From Macrostomum lignano (Eukaryota), in contig NIVC01000994.1 in the NCBI GenBank assembly GCA_002269645.1, positions 62,001 through 126,000 on the forward strand: a DNA stretch of 64,000 bases, given 5' to 3'. Shown one piece after another: positions 1-13,990 of the stretch. Within the stretch, counting starts at the first letter, position 1; every line of letters starts with the position of its first letter. The notes below the pieces were generated by a model. The model had not been told where the DNA came from and ran no database searches. It saw only the letters and a list, made by a program, of their open reading frames with translations. Both the position numbers and the translations under genes were made by a program.

Positions 1-290
1 AGAATCTCACTGACTCCCCAAGAATCTTACCGACTCTCCAAGAATCTCACTGACTCCCCAAGAATCTCACTGACTCCCTATTAATCTCACTGACTCCCCA
101 AGAATCTCACTGACTTCCCAAGAATCTCACTGACTCCCCAAGAATCTCACTGACTCCCCAAGAATCTCACTGACTCCCCAAGAATCTCACTGACTCCCCA
201 AGAATCTCACTGACTCCCCAAGAATCTCACCGACTCCCCAAGAATCTCACCGACTCCAGAAAAATCTCACCGACTCCAGAAGAATCTCAC
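1..290. repeat. 20-bp minisatellite (AGAATCTCACTGACTCCCCA)n
   Basis: Direct tandem copies from base 1, degenerating near 250-290; probably intronic to the gene whose last exon follows. Confidence 0.95.
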
Positions 291-303
291 CCCTTCCTCG
301 AAG

Positions 304-696
304 CGACATCTTGAAAAAACCTCACCAAGTCAAACCCGAACGCCCACCACCATCACAACAATTCCAAGGGTGCACAACTTGTCAGACTCGAACTGCGAGG
401 GTCCGTCCAAGTCGGACGACGAAGAATTCTACGACGTGGTGGACGACGTCGATGTCGACGATGACGGATTCGGCGAGGCGGACGGCGTGGACAGCTGGCT
501 GGACGTGGAGTCAGACGGCGACGACGAGATAAAGGTCGCATCGGACTGCCGCGGTCAGCAGCAGCGGCCGATCGACTGCTCGTTGAAGCGAAGGCACAGC
601 CGGGATTCGACGGAAGCAGACGAGGCTCCGAGTACGTCGGTGAGTCGCAAGCGCAGCCGCCCACATGAGGGATTTAAAGCCATTCGCAACAACTGA
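304..696 (+). CDS. Probable terminal exon of a gene starting upstream of the window; acidic Asp-rich tail, function unknown
   Basis: Open frame RHLEKTSPSQ...DDEEFYDVVDDVDVDDDGFGE...RKRSRPHEGFKAIRNN* follows an AG at 302-303; GC-rich, followed by T-rich UTR-like sequence. No family recognised. Confidence 0.5.
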   Translation, partial: RHLEKTSPSQTRTPTTITTIPRVHNLSDSNCEGPSKSDDEEFYDVVDDVDVDDDGFGEADGVDSWLDVESDGDDEIKVASDCRGQQQRPIDCSLKRRHSRDSTEADEAPSTSVSRKRSRPHEGFKAIRNN

Positions 697-960
697 CCGG
701 CGTGCGATGCACATCGCCACGGGTGGACGAGAAACTAGTCAACTGGACACCGCGTCATCAAGGTCATCTACTTTAACCGCGACTGATTAGTTTAAAAAGA
801 TTGTGTTGTTTTTCTTAATTTGTCTCTCAGATTTTGTTTCACTTTTGTTTGGCTTTTGTAATTTTTGCTTTTCTATTGAATCCACCTCGTTTTCTATTCA
901 GTAGACAGTGATGTTTCTGCTAATTTGTATGGTAGAAAATTTTATACTATCTGCCAAGTC

Positions 961-2160
961 GGGTAGACAGCAGATAGAAGAGAGTGAGGGAGATAGAGAG
1001 ATGCAGAGTGCCGAGTAGACAGGAGATAGAGAGATGCAGTGTGCCGGGTAGACAGGAGATAGAGAGAGATGCAGAGTGTCGAGTAGACAGGAGATAGAGA
1101 GAGATGCAGAGTGTCGGGTAGACAGGAGATAGAGAGAGATGCAGAGTGTCGGGTAGACAGGAGATAGAGAGAGATGCAGAGTGTCGGGTAGACAGGAGAT
1201 AGAGAGAGATGCAGAGTGTCGGGTAGACAGGAGATAGAGAGATGCAGAGTGTCGGGTAGACAGGAGATAGAGAGAGATGCAGAGTGTCGGGTAGACAGGA
1301 GATAGAGAGAGATGCAGAGTGTCGGGTAGACAGGAGATAGAGAGAGATGCAGAGTGTCGGGTAGACAGGAGATAGAGAGATGCAGAGTGTCGGGTAGACA
1401 GGAGATAGAGAGAGATGCAGAGTGTCGGGTAGACAGGAGATAGAGAGAGATGCAGAGTGTCGGGTAGACAGGAGATAGAGAGAGATGCAGAGTGTCGAGT
1501 AGACAGGAGATAGAGAGAGATGCAGAGTGTCGGGTAGACAGGAGATAGAGCGATGCAGAGTGCCGAGTAGACAGGAGATAGAGAGAGATGCAGAGTGTCG
1601 GGTAGACAGGAGATAGAGAGAGATGCCGAGTGTCGGGTAGACAGGAGATAGAGAGAGATGCCGAGTGTCGGGTAGACAGGAGATAGAGAGATGCAGGGTG
1701 TCGGGTAGACAGGAGATAGAGAGAGATGCAGAGTGTCGGGTAGACAGGAGATAGAGAGAGATGCCGAGTGTCGGGTAGACAGGAGATAGAGAGAGATGCC
1801 GAGTGTCGGGTAGACAGGAGATAGAGAGATGCAGGGTGTCGGGTAGACAGGAGATAGAGAGAGATGCAGAGTGTCGGGTAGACAGGAGATAGAGAGAGAT
1901 GCAGAGTGTCGGGTAGACAGGAGATAGATGCAGAGTGTCGGGTAGACATGAGATAGAGAGAGATGCAGAGTGCCGGGTAGACAGGAGATAGAGAGATGCA
2001 GAGTGCCGGGTAGACAGGAGATAGAGAGATGCAGAGTGCTGAGTAGACAGGAGATAGATGCAGAGTGCCGGGTAGACAGGAGATAGAGAGATGCAGAGTG
2101 CCGGGTAGACAGGAGATAGAGAGATGCAGAGTGCCGAGTAGACAGGAGATAGAGAGCTCC
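961..2160. repeat. ~33-35-bp minisatellite (GAGATAGAGAGAGATGCAGAGTGTCGGGTAGACAG)n
   Basis: Many near-identical tandem units; explains ORFs 898..2187, 942..1949 and 2065..2379. Confidence 0.95.
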
Positions 2161-2694
2161 AGACTGTCGGGTAGACATGGAAAACATACCCGTAATAAAA
2201 GTCAGTGGTTCAGATTAGCAGATGAAAAGCTGGAACACATTTTCCTGGAAGTGCCGCAGAAGCGGTCAGCTGGGAGTTTCAACCAGAGACAATTGCGCCC
2301 GCCCTCCCCATTGTGTTCGCACTCAGATCCCATCGTTAAGCTATGGGATTCGAACATGACCCTACATATCAGACTGTGAACTGTGACGCACTTTGTACTG
2401 TAATTTGTACCCCTCCCCTTGCTGTGTCTGGTGTTTGATAAAGAAAAAACTGTGCAAATTTAATTTTAAGAATATATTACGACAAATAATCATCGCAGCG
2501 TATACTGCGGAATTAGTGGATGTATTCAGGTGATACCTGTTGTCTATAAAAAAACAAAATCAAGATAACGCTTTATCAAAAACGTAGTCAATCATTTCCT
2601 GATCCTTAAACAAACAGTACAAAAGTCTAAAGAAACATCAGAGCGCATGCTTCAATTGTTGTAACATTTAAGTTTTTTGTAGAATTCAGTTAGT

Positions 2695-2940
2695 GGCATC
2701 AGCGACATGAGTGACATCAGTGATCAGTGACATCAGTGCCATCAGCGACATGAGTGACATCAGTGATCAGTGACATCAGTGACATCAGTGACCTCAGTGG
2801 CATCAGAGATATCAGTGACATGAGTGACATGAGTGACATGAGTGACATGAGTGACATGAGTTACATCAGGGGCATGAGTGACACAAGTGACATGTGATTC
2901 ACATGAGTGACATGAGTGACATGTGAGTCACATGAGTGAC
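2695..2940. repeat. 9-bp tandem repeats (TGACATCAG / GAGTGACAT)
   Basis: Visible tandem 9-mers. Confidence 0.85.
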
Positions 2941-3679
2941 AACTCCCAGTTTTATTTACTGCATGAAGCGATGCAGATGAATTGATGGTGCTCGGAAGGC
3001 AGCTGAGGGCGATTAACCCAAGGCGCCTCCAGTGACAACCCCGATACAAAAATAATTGAGCCGGGCCATTTGAGGAAATTTGTTTAGAAAACAGCCGCAG
3101 GTGCAACCAATCAGGATCGGGGCAGTCCCCGCTGCTATCAGCAATTAGCGATTGACTTTGCCCATCCCTACTGGAAGAGAATCAATCACTGTGCTAAAAA
3201 TGATCCAGACTAAAAAAGGAAAAAATCTTAGGTTTTCAATCGTACAGAGAGTCTAATCTAAGTGGAAGCCAGTGTCTGGGCAATTTTCCATCTCGGCAGC
3301 TTTTAAAGAAAAGATTGCCCCGTTTAGCCCGCGTCAATTAGGCAAATTTGTTGTAAAGCCGGCGCACCTGCAATCTGCGGATTTCGCTTTGAGTTGATTG
3401 GCCGGTCAACAAGAAGGAGATGGCGGCGATTGAAAGATCAGAACCAGCTTTTAGGGTTCGCCGGCCTCGGTTGTTTCTCTGTCCGCGAGAATTTGTTTAT
3501 AGATAATTTATTTTTCAATTAAAATTTGCCCCACGATTACGTTTGCCTTGGGTTCTAAATCCGATAATTACTCGATCGCTTTTCTAGAGATTTAAGCGAT
3601 GCAAATTGGAGCAAATGTTTTGTCAGTCTGGGCCGGAAAAAATTGCCCCACCTTTTTGAGTCAAAACAGGTGCATTGGC

Positions 3680-4490
3680 GCCAAGTTGGATTTTAGGGGC
3701 GCCAAATTAGATTTTAGGGGCCCAAGTTGGATTTTAGGGGCCCAAGTTGGATTTTAGGGGCGCCAAATTAGATTTTAGGGGCCCAAGTTGAATTTTAGGG
3801 GTGCCAAGTTTGATTTTAGGAGCGCGAACTTCGATATCAAGGCGCCAAATTAGATTTAAAGGGCGCCAAATTGGATATCAAGGCGCCAAGTTGGATTTTA
3901 GGGGCGCCACACAAGTTGGATTTTAGGGGCGCCACACAAGTTGGATTTTAGGGGCGCCAAGTTGGATTTTAGGGGCGCCACACAAGTTGGATTTTAGGGG
4001 CGCCACACAAGTTGGATTTTAGGGGCGCCAAGTTGGATTTTAGGGGCCCAAGTTGAATTTTAGGGGCCCAAGTTGGATTTTAGGGGCCCAAGTTGGATTT
4101 TAGAGGCGCCAAGCTGGATTTTAGGGGCGCCAAGCTGGATTTTAGGGGCGCAAAGTTGGATTTTAAGGGCGCCAAGTTTGATTTTAGGGGCCCAAGTTGA
4201 ATTTTAGGGGCCCAAGTTGGATTTTAGGGGCCCAAGTTGGATTTTAGGGGCCCAAGTTGGATTTTAGGGGCGCCAAGTTGGATTTTAGGGGCGCCACACA
4301 AGTTGGATTTTAGGGGCCCAAGCTGGATTTTAGGGGCGCCAAGTTGGATTTTAGGGGCGCCAAGTTGGATTTTAGGGGCGCCAAGTTTTTTTAGGGCGCC
4401 AATTTGGATATCAGGGCGTCAAGTTTGATTTTAGGGGCGCTAAGTTGGATACCAGGGGCGCCAAGTTTGATTTTAGGGGTGCCAAAATGA
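3680..4490. repeat. ~19-24-bp minisatellite (GCCAAGTTGGATTTTAGGGGC)n
   Basis: Tandem units upstream of the MATE gene. Confidence 0.9.
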
Positions 4491-4617
4491 ATGTCAATGG
4501 CGCCGCAAATAACTCGCGCGTTGACTTTGCCCGACAACAAAACGTTTCAGTGAAGGACAGGGCACAGACGCGTTGTTTGGAAATTTACAGCAGCTGATTT
4601 CACAGCGTCAAGAGCAG

Positions 4618-4618
<1 letters not shown>

Positions 4619-4682
<64 letters not shown>
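4619..4682. repeat. (GA)n microsatellite
   Basis: About 30 GA units. Confidence 0.95.
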
Positions 4683-4684
<2 letters not shown>

Positions 4685-4865
4685 GACGTTTGGAGAGTCA
4701 GCCGGGGGGCGCACGGAGAGAGTGAGAGAGTCACGCCAATATAGATAACAGTGAGCACGCGCAGTTGCCAGTCGCTTTAGATAACAACAGTTGTGAAGCA
4801 AATCCGCTAAAGCAGAAGATTAGACGCACACACACACAGCGCGAAGCAACTCACTGAGCACGAGC

Positions 4866-7395
4866 ATGGCCTGGCAAGACTACGCCGACGAGATCCGGTG
4901 GCTGGTGCGCACCGGGGCGCCAATCTCGGTCACGCAGCTGTTCTACTCGCTCGTGATGCCGACAACCCTGGCCTTCTGCGGCTACCTCGGCAAAGAGGAG
5001 CTTGACTCGGCCGGGCTGGCCATCTCAATCTTCCAGCTGAGCGTGGCCAATTTCGCCAGTGCGGTGCGCTGGGGCATCATGCCGTTCCTGGCGCACACCA
5101 TGGCCGGCAGCAAGCCAGCTCGGGTTGGCATCTTCGTGCAGCGCGGCCTGCTTGCCTCCCTGCTGCTGGCCTTCTTCAGCTGGACTCTGGCCTGCAATTC
5201 GGCCAATCTGCTCATCGCCACGGGCCAGGACCCGGCCATTGCGGTGAACACTGAGATGTACTTCCTGCTGCTCAGTCCGGGCTGCCTTGGCATCATCGCA
5301 TTCAGAGCTCTAGTTGCTTATACTGACACGCTGGGCCGGCTGTGGCCGACTCTGCTGGTTCACGTGATCGGGTTCTTAGTTAACCTGCTGCTGCAGTACG
5401 TGCTGGTGCTGCACACGGACCTGGGCTTGGCCGGCTCGGCGATTGCTCTGTCTGTCACCCTGGTTCTGCTGGCCGTGTTTCAGGCCATCTTCATCTGGAG
5501 GCTGCGGCTGTACAAGGACACCTGGACGGGCTGGTCGCCGAGGGCCTTCCTGGGCTGGGGCAAGTTCTTCGGCGGCATGCTGCCCGCCATCGGCACCCAG
5601 ACGCTGTGGATCTTCGGCACCGAGGTTGGCAATTTTCTAGCCGGACTGCTGGGCAAGTCGGAGATCGCGGCCGAGTCGCTGCTGTTCCAGATCAACTTCC
5701 TGGCCTTCCTGCTGCCCGTGGGGCTGGGCAGTGCCGTCATTGCCAGGGTGGGAGCTTACCTCAGGTACGAATGGGGACTGGGGATCAAGCTTAGGGTTAT
5801 TGTGGTGCACCAGCTAGGATCAAGCTTAGGGTTATTGTGGTGCACCAGCTAGGATCAAGCTTAGGGTTATTGTGGTGCACCAGCTAGGATCAAGCTTAGG
5901 GTTATTGTGGTGCACCAGCTGATCAAATTAGGGTTATTGTGGTGCACCAGCTGATCAAATTTGGGTTATTGTGGTGCACCAGCTGATCAAATTAGGGTTA
6001 TTGTGGTGCACCAGCTGATCAAATTTGGGCTAAACCAACCTCAGCCAACAGGAGCCGGAGCGGGCCAAGCGGACCTCCCGCGCCAGCCTGCTGTTCATGT
6101 CCGTCACCGGCCTGCTGGTTGGCGGCATCTTCATGGCGCTACGGTTCCAGATTCCCAAACTGTACTCGCTGGACGCGGAGTCCACCAACCTGTTCGTGAG
6201 CCTCATGCCGTACCTGGCGGTGTACACCACTCTGCAGCTCATCGCCTATCCTTGCGTTGCCACCCTGAGAGCCTGCAATCACCATGTAGTTGCCATGGTG
6301 ATCAACTTTGTTGCCTACTATGTGGTAAGTGGGTCGATTTTTTGGTTGATTTCCCAGCAAACTCACTGAGTCAAATTCCATTGTTGCCCCAGTGAAAGAT
6401 TCGAGTCCAGGACCTTCACTTCCCTAAGTGACAGATTCGAGTCTAAAAACTTTATTTCCATGTGAAGGATTCGAGTCTAGGACCTTCATTTTCATAATGA
6501 AGGATTCGAGTCCAGGACTTTCAAATTTCTATATTGAAGGATTCGAGTCCAGGACTTTCAAATTTCTATATTGAAGGATTCGAGTTCAGGACTTTCACAT
6601 TTCTATATTGAAGGATTCGAGTCCAGGACTTTCAAATTTCTATATTGAAGGATTCGAGTCCAGGACTTTCAAATTTCTATATTGAAGGATTCGAGTTCAG
6701 GACTTTCACATTTCTATATTGAAGGATTCGAGTCCTGGACTTTAAAATTTATATATTGAAGGATTCGAGTCCAGAACTTTCATTTCTCCACGGATGGATT
6801 CAAGTCCAGGACCTTAGGCTTAATTTATATAGTGAAGGAATCGAGTCCAGGACCTACACCTAAGCGATTCTCAAACACTCAAAACGCAATCTCCTCTACC
6901 GCGACACAGGTGAGCCTCCCGCTGGGTGTCTCCCTGACCTTCGCCGCCGGCTGGGGCCTGCGAGGCCTCTGGGTCGGCTTCGTCTCGGCCTCGGCCACCT
7001 TCCTGGTGCTGCTGCTGCTGGCTATGCTGCGCTCCGACTGGCGCCGGCGCTCCAACCTGGCGCACGCTGACGCCGAGTTCGAGACCGATGCGGAGGCTCC
7101 GCTGGCGGCCGGCGAGCGGGCGCCGCTGCTGATGGCCGAAGAGGACGACGCAGAGGATTGGCAGCTGCTGGATCGTCAACAGAAGCAGCGGCAGCAGCGA
7201 GGCAGCAGCAACCGCCCGGTTTGGTGGCCAGCAGTCCGCGCCAAGCTGCCAGTCCTGGGCGCGGCAGTTCTGGCGCTGCTGGCCTCGGCGACGATTCGAG
7301 TGGTGGCGCCGCCGCGGATTCCGCTGTACCCGATGGCGAATGCCAGCAGCTGGAACTCGACGCTGCCTCCGGTAGCGACACTGACTACTAATTAG
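4866..7395 (+). CDS. MATE / SLC47 family multidrug and toxin extrusion transporter, 3 exons, ~554 aa
   Basis: Exons 4866-5764, 6045-6324 and 6910-7395, all GT-AG, join in frame (GAYLS|QQEPERAKRTSRASL; AYYV|VSLPLG). MATE motifs: LGKEELDSAGLA, VGIFVQRGLL, EVGNFLAGLLG, GWGLRGLWVG, plus an animal-type 13th TM helix. AATAAA at 7637-7642. Confidence 0.9.
5782..6028. repeat. 34-bp intronic minisatellite (GGATCAAGCTTAGGGTTATTGTGGTGCACCAGCT)n
   Basis: Tandem units filling MATE intron 1. Confidence 0.9.
6395..6850. repeat. ~37-bp intronic minisatellite (GAAGGATTCGAGTCCAGGACTTTCAAATTTCTATATT)n
   Basis: Tandem units filling MATE intron 2. Confidence 0.9.
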
Positions 7396-7756
7396 ATGAC
7401 GAGGCTATTGAATTTGAAAATTAAGTAATAGTTACTCTCACCGACTACTTACAAAGACTGATTGTTTAGCTTTCTAGAGCTTTTATTGCAAAAGATTATT
7501 TGGAAAAAAACATTGCCAGGTCTGCTTCTAGTTTTGCATAACTGAAGCAACTTTTTCTGTCATAAATGCATTTTGCAATATCTGTTACTCTGTACGCATT
7601 AGTGTTTTCTTGCAAAGTTAAATGACATATTCAGACAATAAAAGAATTCACGAAGAAGCTAACAAGACTACTACTATTCTGAGTTCAGTAGTACAAAAAG
7701 GCTTCTCTAAAAGCAATAAAAGCAGTAGTAATGCATCCTGTTTGTGTCTTTGTCTC

Positions 7757-8445
7757 TGAGTATGAGTGGCTGAATATGAGTGGCTGAGTATGAGTGGCTG
7801 AGCATGAGTGGCTGAGTATGAGTGGCTGAGCATGAGTGGATGAGTATGAGTGGCTGAGCATGAGTGGATGAGTATGAGTGGCTGAGCATGAGTGGATGAG
7901 TATGAGTGGCTGAGTATGAGTGGCTGAGCATGAGTGCTGAGCATGAGTGGCTGAGCATGAGTGCTGAGCATGAGTGGATGAGTATGAGTGGCTGAGCATG
8001 AGTGCTGAGCATGAGTGGCTGAGCATGAGTGCTGAGCATGAGTGGATGAGTATGAGTGGCTGAGCATGAGTGGCTGAGTATGAGTGGCTGAGCATGAGTG
8101 GATGAGTATGAGTGGCTGAGTATGAGTGGCTGAGCATGAGTGGATGAGTATGAGTGGCTGAGTATGAGTGGCTGAGCATGAGTGCTGAGCATGAGTGGCT
8201 GAGCATGAGTGCTGAGCATGAGTGGATGAGTATGAGTGGCTGAGCATGAGTGCTGAGCATGAGTGGCTGAGCATGAGTGCTGAGCATGAGTGGATGAGTA
8301 TGAGTGGCTGAGCATGAGTGGATGAGTATGAGTGGCTGAGCATGAGTGCTGAGCATGAGTGGCTGAGCATGAGTGCTGAGCATGAGTGGATGAGTATGAG
8401 TGGCTGAGTATGAGTGGATGAGTATGAGTGGATGAGTATGAGTAT
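7757..8445. repeat. 13-14-bp minisatellite (GAGTGGCTGAGCAT variants)
   Basis: Tandem units; explains ORFs 7648..8466, 7685..8383 and 7707..8492. Confidence 0.95.
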
Positions 8446-8980
8446 CCGAACATCCATTCCCTCCACATCAGCACAGCCCTCTTGATCCCCAATTATCCAG
8501 AGTCAATACCAGATTAAAAAAGCAATTATCAAGACAACGCCAAAAAAGTGTCAGTCACTTTCCGAGGTGACAACAACAGCAGCCTTCGTGACTCGCTAAT
8601 GGCCCGCCGAAACGTCCTGCCTGTCGACTGGAATGCGCCACACCAATGGCGCAGCAGCTGCTTCGCGACTGACTTGACACCAACTTGCAGTCTTCCACTG
8701 GCTGCCCGCGGCTTGAACTTTGTGAACTGCCGTAAACTGGGGGAGTGTACTAAACCCACAGGCCATGCTGACAGAGCGGTTAGAGGCAACTCGAACTGGC
8801 TCGAAGACGGAATTCAGTCACCTGGGCCGGGGTTATCAACTGTCTGACTGCGACTGCACGCTTAAAGCAAAGCTTAAGTGCCTCTGCTTAACTGCCTTAT
8901 TTATTGCTTCTGTGCACTGCAGCTGGCTGATGCATTTTGCCTGTTCTGCATTGCGGGCTGCCGTGCAACAGCGGTGTGAA

Positions 8981-9577
<597 letters not shown>

Positions 9578-9959
9578 GTATACATACTCTAAGCATACTG
9601 TTACATGTTATGCAGCAGGACAAGGCAGTTCAGAAGTAGAAGCGAGAGAAGGCCGTCGGTAAAATGAACAAGAAGATTTAGAAGCTGACAGCACCATTTA
9701 GTCGTATTTGTTATTGACTTAAATGTGTGTAATATACTGAAGCACGGCACATAGGTTCCAAGATATGTTCGCGCATAGTTGCGCTAACAAAGGAGTGCTT
9801 CTTCCAATATAGTATTCTAATTCTATTAGTTTACAAAGCATTGCAAGGCAACCCAATAAGACAAGATACATCGATAGATGCATATGTACTGTCTGCATTC
9901 CAATTCCCGTGTCTCTCGTTCTATTTGCAAACCCTGTGCACTTTCGAATCTTCAATCTC

Positions 9960-10125
9960 CCTCTACTTATCTCTCAGCCTCTCTACTTATCTCTCAGCCT
10001 CTCTCCTTATCTCTCAGCCTCTCTCCTTATCTCTCAGCCTCTCTCCTTATCTCTCAGCTTCTCTCCTTTTCTCTCAGCCTCTACTTATCTCTCAGCCTCT
10101 CTACTTATCTCTCAGCTTCTTTCCT
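9960..10125. repeat. 20-bp repeat (CTCTACTTATCTCTCAGCCT)n
   Basis: Tandem units. Confidence 0.85.
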
Positions 10126-10566
10126 TACCTCTCACCCTCTCTACTTACCTCTTCCTTTATTTACTTTCATTTCTTAGTCTCAGCAACTTTATACGATACG
10201 AGCTAAACACTCCATATTCACGCTTTCTCTATAATAATTAATAGAAAAAAAATTCAGACAACCTGAGGCTGCAATACACATATACTACTTAGTCTCCTTG
10301 GCCAATGACAGCTCACCAGCCAATCCTTCGAGTCGAAACCGACCATTTTTTAACTCTTTATAATGCGTGTACGCAAAATAATGCGCAATCTAGAGGCAAC
10401 TCGGCTGCAATAAAAAACTAAGGTAAGGCCTCTTCAATATTATTCAATGCTAATTTTAAATACGATCATTATGCGTAGATAGTAGACGATAGTAAGAGAT
10501 GGCAAGGGTAGTCAAAGTAAAAAGCCTATGTGTAAATCAAACCTGGAAATTGCCTGATTAAAAATT

Positions 10567-12820
10567 GAGAGTGACAAACACAAAGGGAGGGAATTGAGAG
10601 AGTGACAGACACAAAGGGAGGGAATTGAGAGAGTGACAGACACAAAGGGAGGGAACTGAGAGAGTGACAGACATAGAGGGAGGAAATTGAGAGAGTGACA
10701 GACACAGAGGGAGGAAACTGAGAGAGTGACAGACACAGAGGGAGGAAATTGAGAGAGTGACTGACACAAAGGGAGGGAATTGAGAGTGTGACAGACACAA
10801 AGGGAGGGAATTGAGAGAGTGACAGACACAGAGCGAGGAAATTGAGAGTGTGACAGACACAGAGCGAGGAAATTGAGAGTGTGACAGACACAAAGGGAGG
10901 GAATTGAGAGAGTGACAGACATAGAGCGAGGAAATAGAGAGTGTGACAGACACAGAGGGAGGGAATTGAGAGTGTGACAAACACAAAGGGAGGGAATTGA
11001 GAGAGTGACAGACACAGAGGGAGGAAACTGAGAGAGTGACAGACACAGAGGGAGGGAATTGAGAGAGTGACAAACACAAAGGGAGGGAATTGAGAGAGTG
11101 ACTGACACAGAGAGAGAGAATTGAGAGTGTGACAGACACAGAGGGAGGAAATTGAGAGTGTGACTGACACAGAGAGAGAGAATTGAGAGTGTGACTGACA
11201 CAGAGGGAGGAAACTGAGAGAGTCACAGACACAGAGGGAGAGAATTGAGAGAGTGACAGACACAGAGGGAGAGAATTGAGAGAGTGACAGACATAGAGGG
11301 AGGAAATTGAGAGAGTGACAGACACAGAGGGAGGAAATTGAGAGAGTGACAGACACAGAGGGAGGAAATTGAGAGTGACAGACACAGAGGGAGGAAATTG
11401 AGAGAGTGACAGACACAGAGGGAGGAAATTGAGAGAGTGACAGACACAGAGGGAGGAAATTGAGAGAGTGACAGACACAGAGGGAGGAAATTGAGAGTGT
11501 GACTGACACAGGGAGGAAACAGAGAGTGACAGACACAGAGGGAGAGAATTGAGAGAGTGACAGACACAGAGGTAGAGAATTGAGAGAGTGACAGACACAG
11601 AGGGAGGGAATTGAGAGAGTGACAGACACAGAGGGAGGAAATTGAGAGAGTGACAGACACAGAGGGAGGAAATTGAGAGTGTGACTGGTTGTTGGAATAA
11701 CTATATGGAAATCGAGACACTTAGCTATAAGCGATGAAAACGAAAAGAGTAGCTCGTATATTTGAGCGAGATACTTTAGGTCGACATTTATAAGCTGAAT
11801 GAGCGTACAATACGATTGAGCGCAATATGGGGTGGGGCGATCAATAAATTTGAGTGAATGTACGTACGAACAAGATATATATTTTAGCCTAATTGAGCGT
11901 ACAATTAATGATTGCAACGAACAAGTACAATAAATATTGCAAAACAGTGGCAGCTCCAGAACAGTGACTGACACAGAGAGAGAGAATTGAGAGTGTGACA
12001 GACACAGAGGGAGGAAATTGAGAGTGTGACAGACACAGAGGGAGGAAATTGAGAGTGTGACTGACACAGAGAGAGAGAATTGAGAGTGTGACTGACACAG
12101 AGAGAGAGAATTGAGAGTGTGACTGACACAGAGGGAGGAAATTGAGAGTGTGACTGACACAGAGAGAGAGAATTGAGAGTGTGACTGACACAGAGAGAGA
12201 GAATTGAGAGTGTGACTGACACAGAGGGAGGAAACTGAGAGAGTCACAGACACAGAGGGAGAGAATTGAGAGAGTGACAGACACAGAGGGAGGGAATTGA
12301 GAGAGTGACAGACACAGAGGGAGGAAACTGAGAGTGTGACTGACACAGAGGGAGGAAATTGAGAGTGTGACAGACACAGAGGGAGGAAATTGAGAGTGTG
12401 ACAGACACAGAGGGAGGAAATTGAGAGTGTGACTGACACAGAGAGAGAGAATTGAGAGTGTGACTGACACAGAGGGAGGAAACTGAGAGAGTGACAGACA
12501 CAGAGGGAGAGAATTGAGAGAGTGACAGACACAGAGGGAGGAAATTGAGAGAGTGACAGACACAGAGGGAGGAAATTGAGAGAGTGACAGACACAGAGGG
12601 AGGAAATTGAGAGTGACAGACACAGAGGGAGGAAATTGAGAGAGTGACAGACACAGAGGGAGGAAATTGAGAGAGTGACAGACACAGAGGGAGGAAATTG
12701 AGAGAGTGACAGACACAGAGGGAGGAAATTGAGAGAGTGACAGACACAGAGGGAGGAAATTGAGAGTGTGACTGACACAGGGAGGAAACAGAGAGTGACA
12801 GACACAGAGGGAGAGAATTG
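10567..12820. repeat. ~29-bp minisatellite (GAGAGTGACAGACACAGAGGGAGGAAATT)n, interrupted at 11688-11963
   Basis: Tandem units; explains all SVSVTLS-type ORFs including 10526..12805. Confidence 0.95.
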
Positions 12821-13004
12821 AACTACCCGCTTAGATTATTAATGAGCGTTTCAGCAGGACAGGGTGAAAATTTTGTGCAAAACAACTGCTTTGAGTGGAA
12901 ACCACTTCGTTTCTGACTACTACGAGTTACAGCTGCTACAGACATCGTAGAAGAAATGAGGAGAAAATGGTGAGGGTTTAAAAGTTAGACTCTAACGGTG
13001 AGAA

Positions 13005-13990
13005 GGGAGAGAGTCTATGAAGTGAGAAGAGAGAGAGTCTATGGGGTGAGAAGGGAGAGAGTCCATGGATTGAGACGGGAGAGAGTCTATGGGGTGAGAA
13101 GGCAGAGAGTCTGTGGATTGAGAAGGAAGAGAGTCTAGGGGAAGAAGAGAGAGATTCTAGGGGTGAGAAAGGAAAAAGTCTAGGGGTGAGAAGGGAGAGA
13201 GTCTATGAGGTGAGAAGGAAGAGAGTCTATGAGGTGAGAAGGAAGAGAGTCTATGGGGTGAGAAGGAAGAGAGTCTAGGGGTGAGAAGGGAGTCTATGGG
13301 GTGAAAATGGAAAGGGTCTATGGGGTGGGAAGGGAGAGAGTCTATGGGGTGAAAATGGAAAGGGTCTATGGGGTGAGAAGGGAGAGAATGTATGGGGTGA
13401 GAAGGGAGAGAGTTTATGGGGAGGGAAGAGAGAGAGAGAGTCTATGGGTGAGAAGGGAACGAGTCTAGGGGTGAGAAGGGAGAGACTTTAGGGGTGAGAA
13501 AGGAAAGAGTCTAGGGGTGAGAAGGGAGAGAGTCTATGGGGTGAAAAGGGAGAGAGTCTATGGGGTGGGAAGGGAGAGAGTCTATGGGGTGAAAATGGAA
13601 AGGGTCTATGGGGTGAGAAGGGAGAGAGTTTATGGGGAGGGAAGAGAGAGAGAGAGAGTCTATGGGTGAGAAGGGAACGAGTCTAGGGGTGAGAAGGGAG
13701 AGATTCTAGGGTTGAGAAAGGAAAGAGTCTAGGGGTGAGAAGGGAGAGAGTCTATGGGGTGAAAAGGGAGAGAGTCTATGGGGTAAGAAGGGGGAGAGTC
13801 TATGGGGTGAAAATGGAAAGGGTCTATGGGGTGAGAAGGGAGAGAATCTATGGGGTGAGAAGGGAGAGAGTCTATGGGTTGAAAAGGGAAAGGGTCTATG
13901 GATTGAGAAGGAAGAGAGTCTAGGGGGAGAAGCGAGTGAGTCTAAGGTGAGTCTAGGAGAGTCTAAGGGTGAGAAGAGAGTCTAAAGAAA
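13005..13990. repeat. Degenerate ~22-bp purine-rich repeat (GGGGTGAGAAGGGAGAGAGTCTAT)n
   Basis: Degenerate tandem units. Confidence 0.85.

Noticed and set aside
898-2187. 429-aa and 335-aa ORFs
   Set aside because: Satellite read-through.
5790-6010. Interstitial telomere (TTAGGG)
   Set aside because: Single TTAGGG hexamers within a 34-bp unit, not a tandem telomeric tract. The CCTAA run near 17230 is also too short.
10512-12805. 759-aa and overlapping long ORFs
   Set aside because: Translations of a 29-bp minisatellite that lacks stops on the minus strand; no protein-like complexity.
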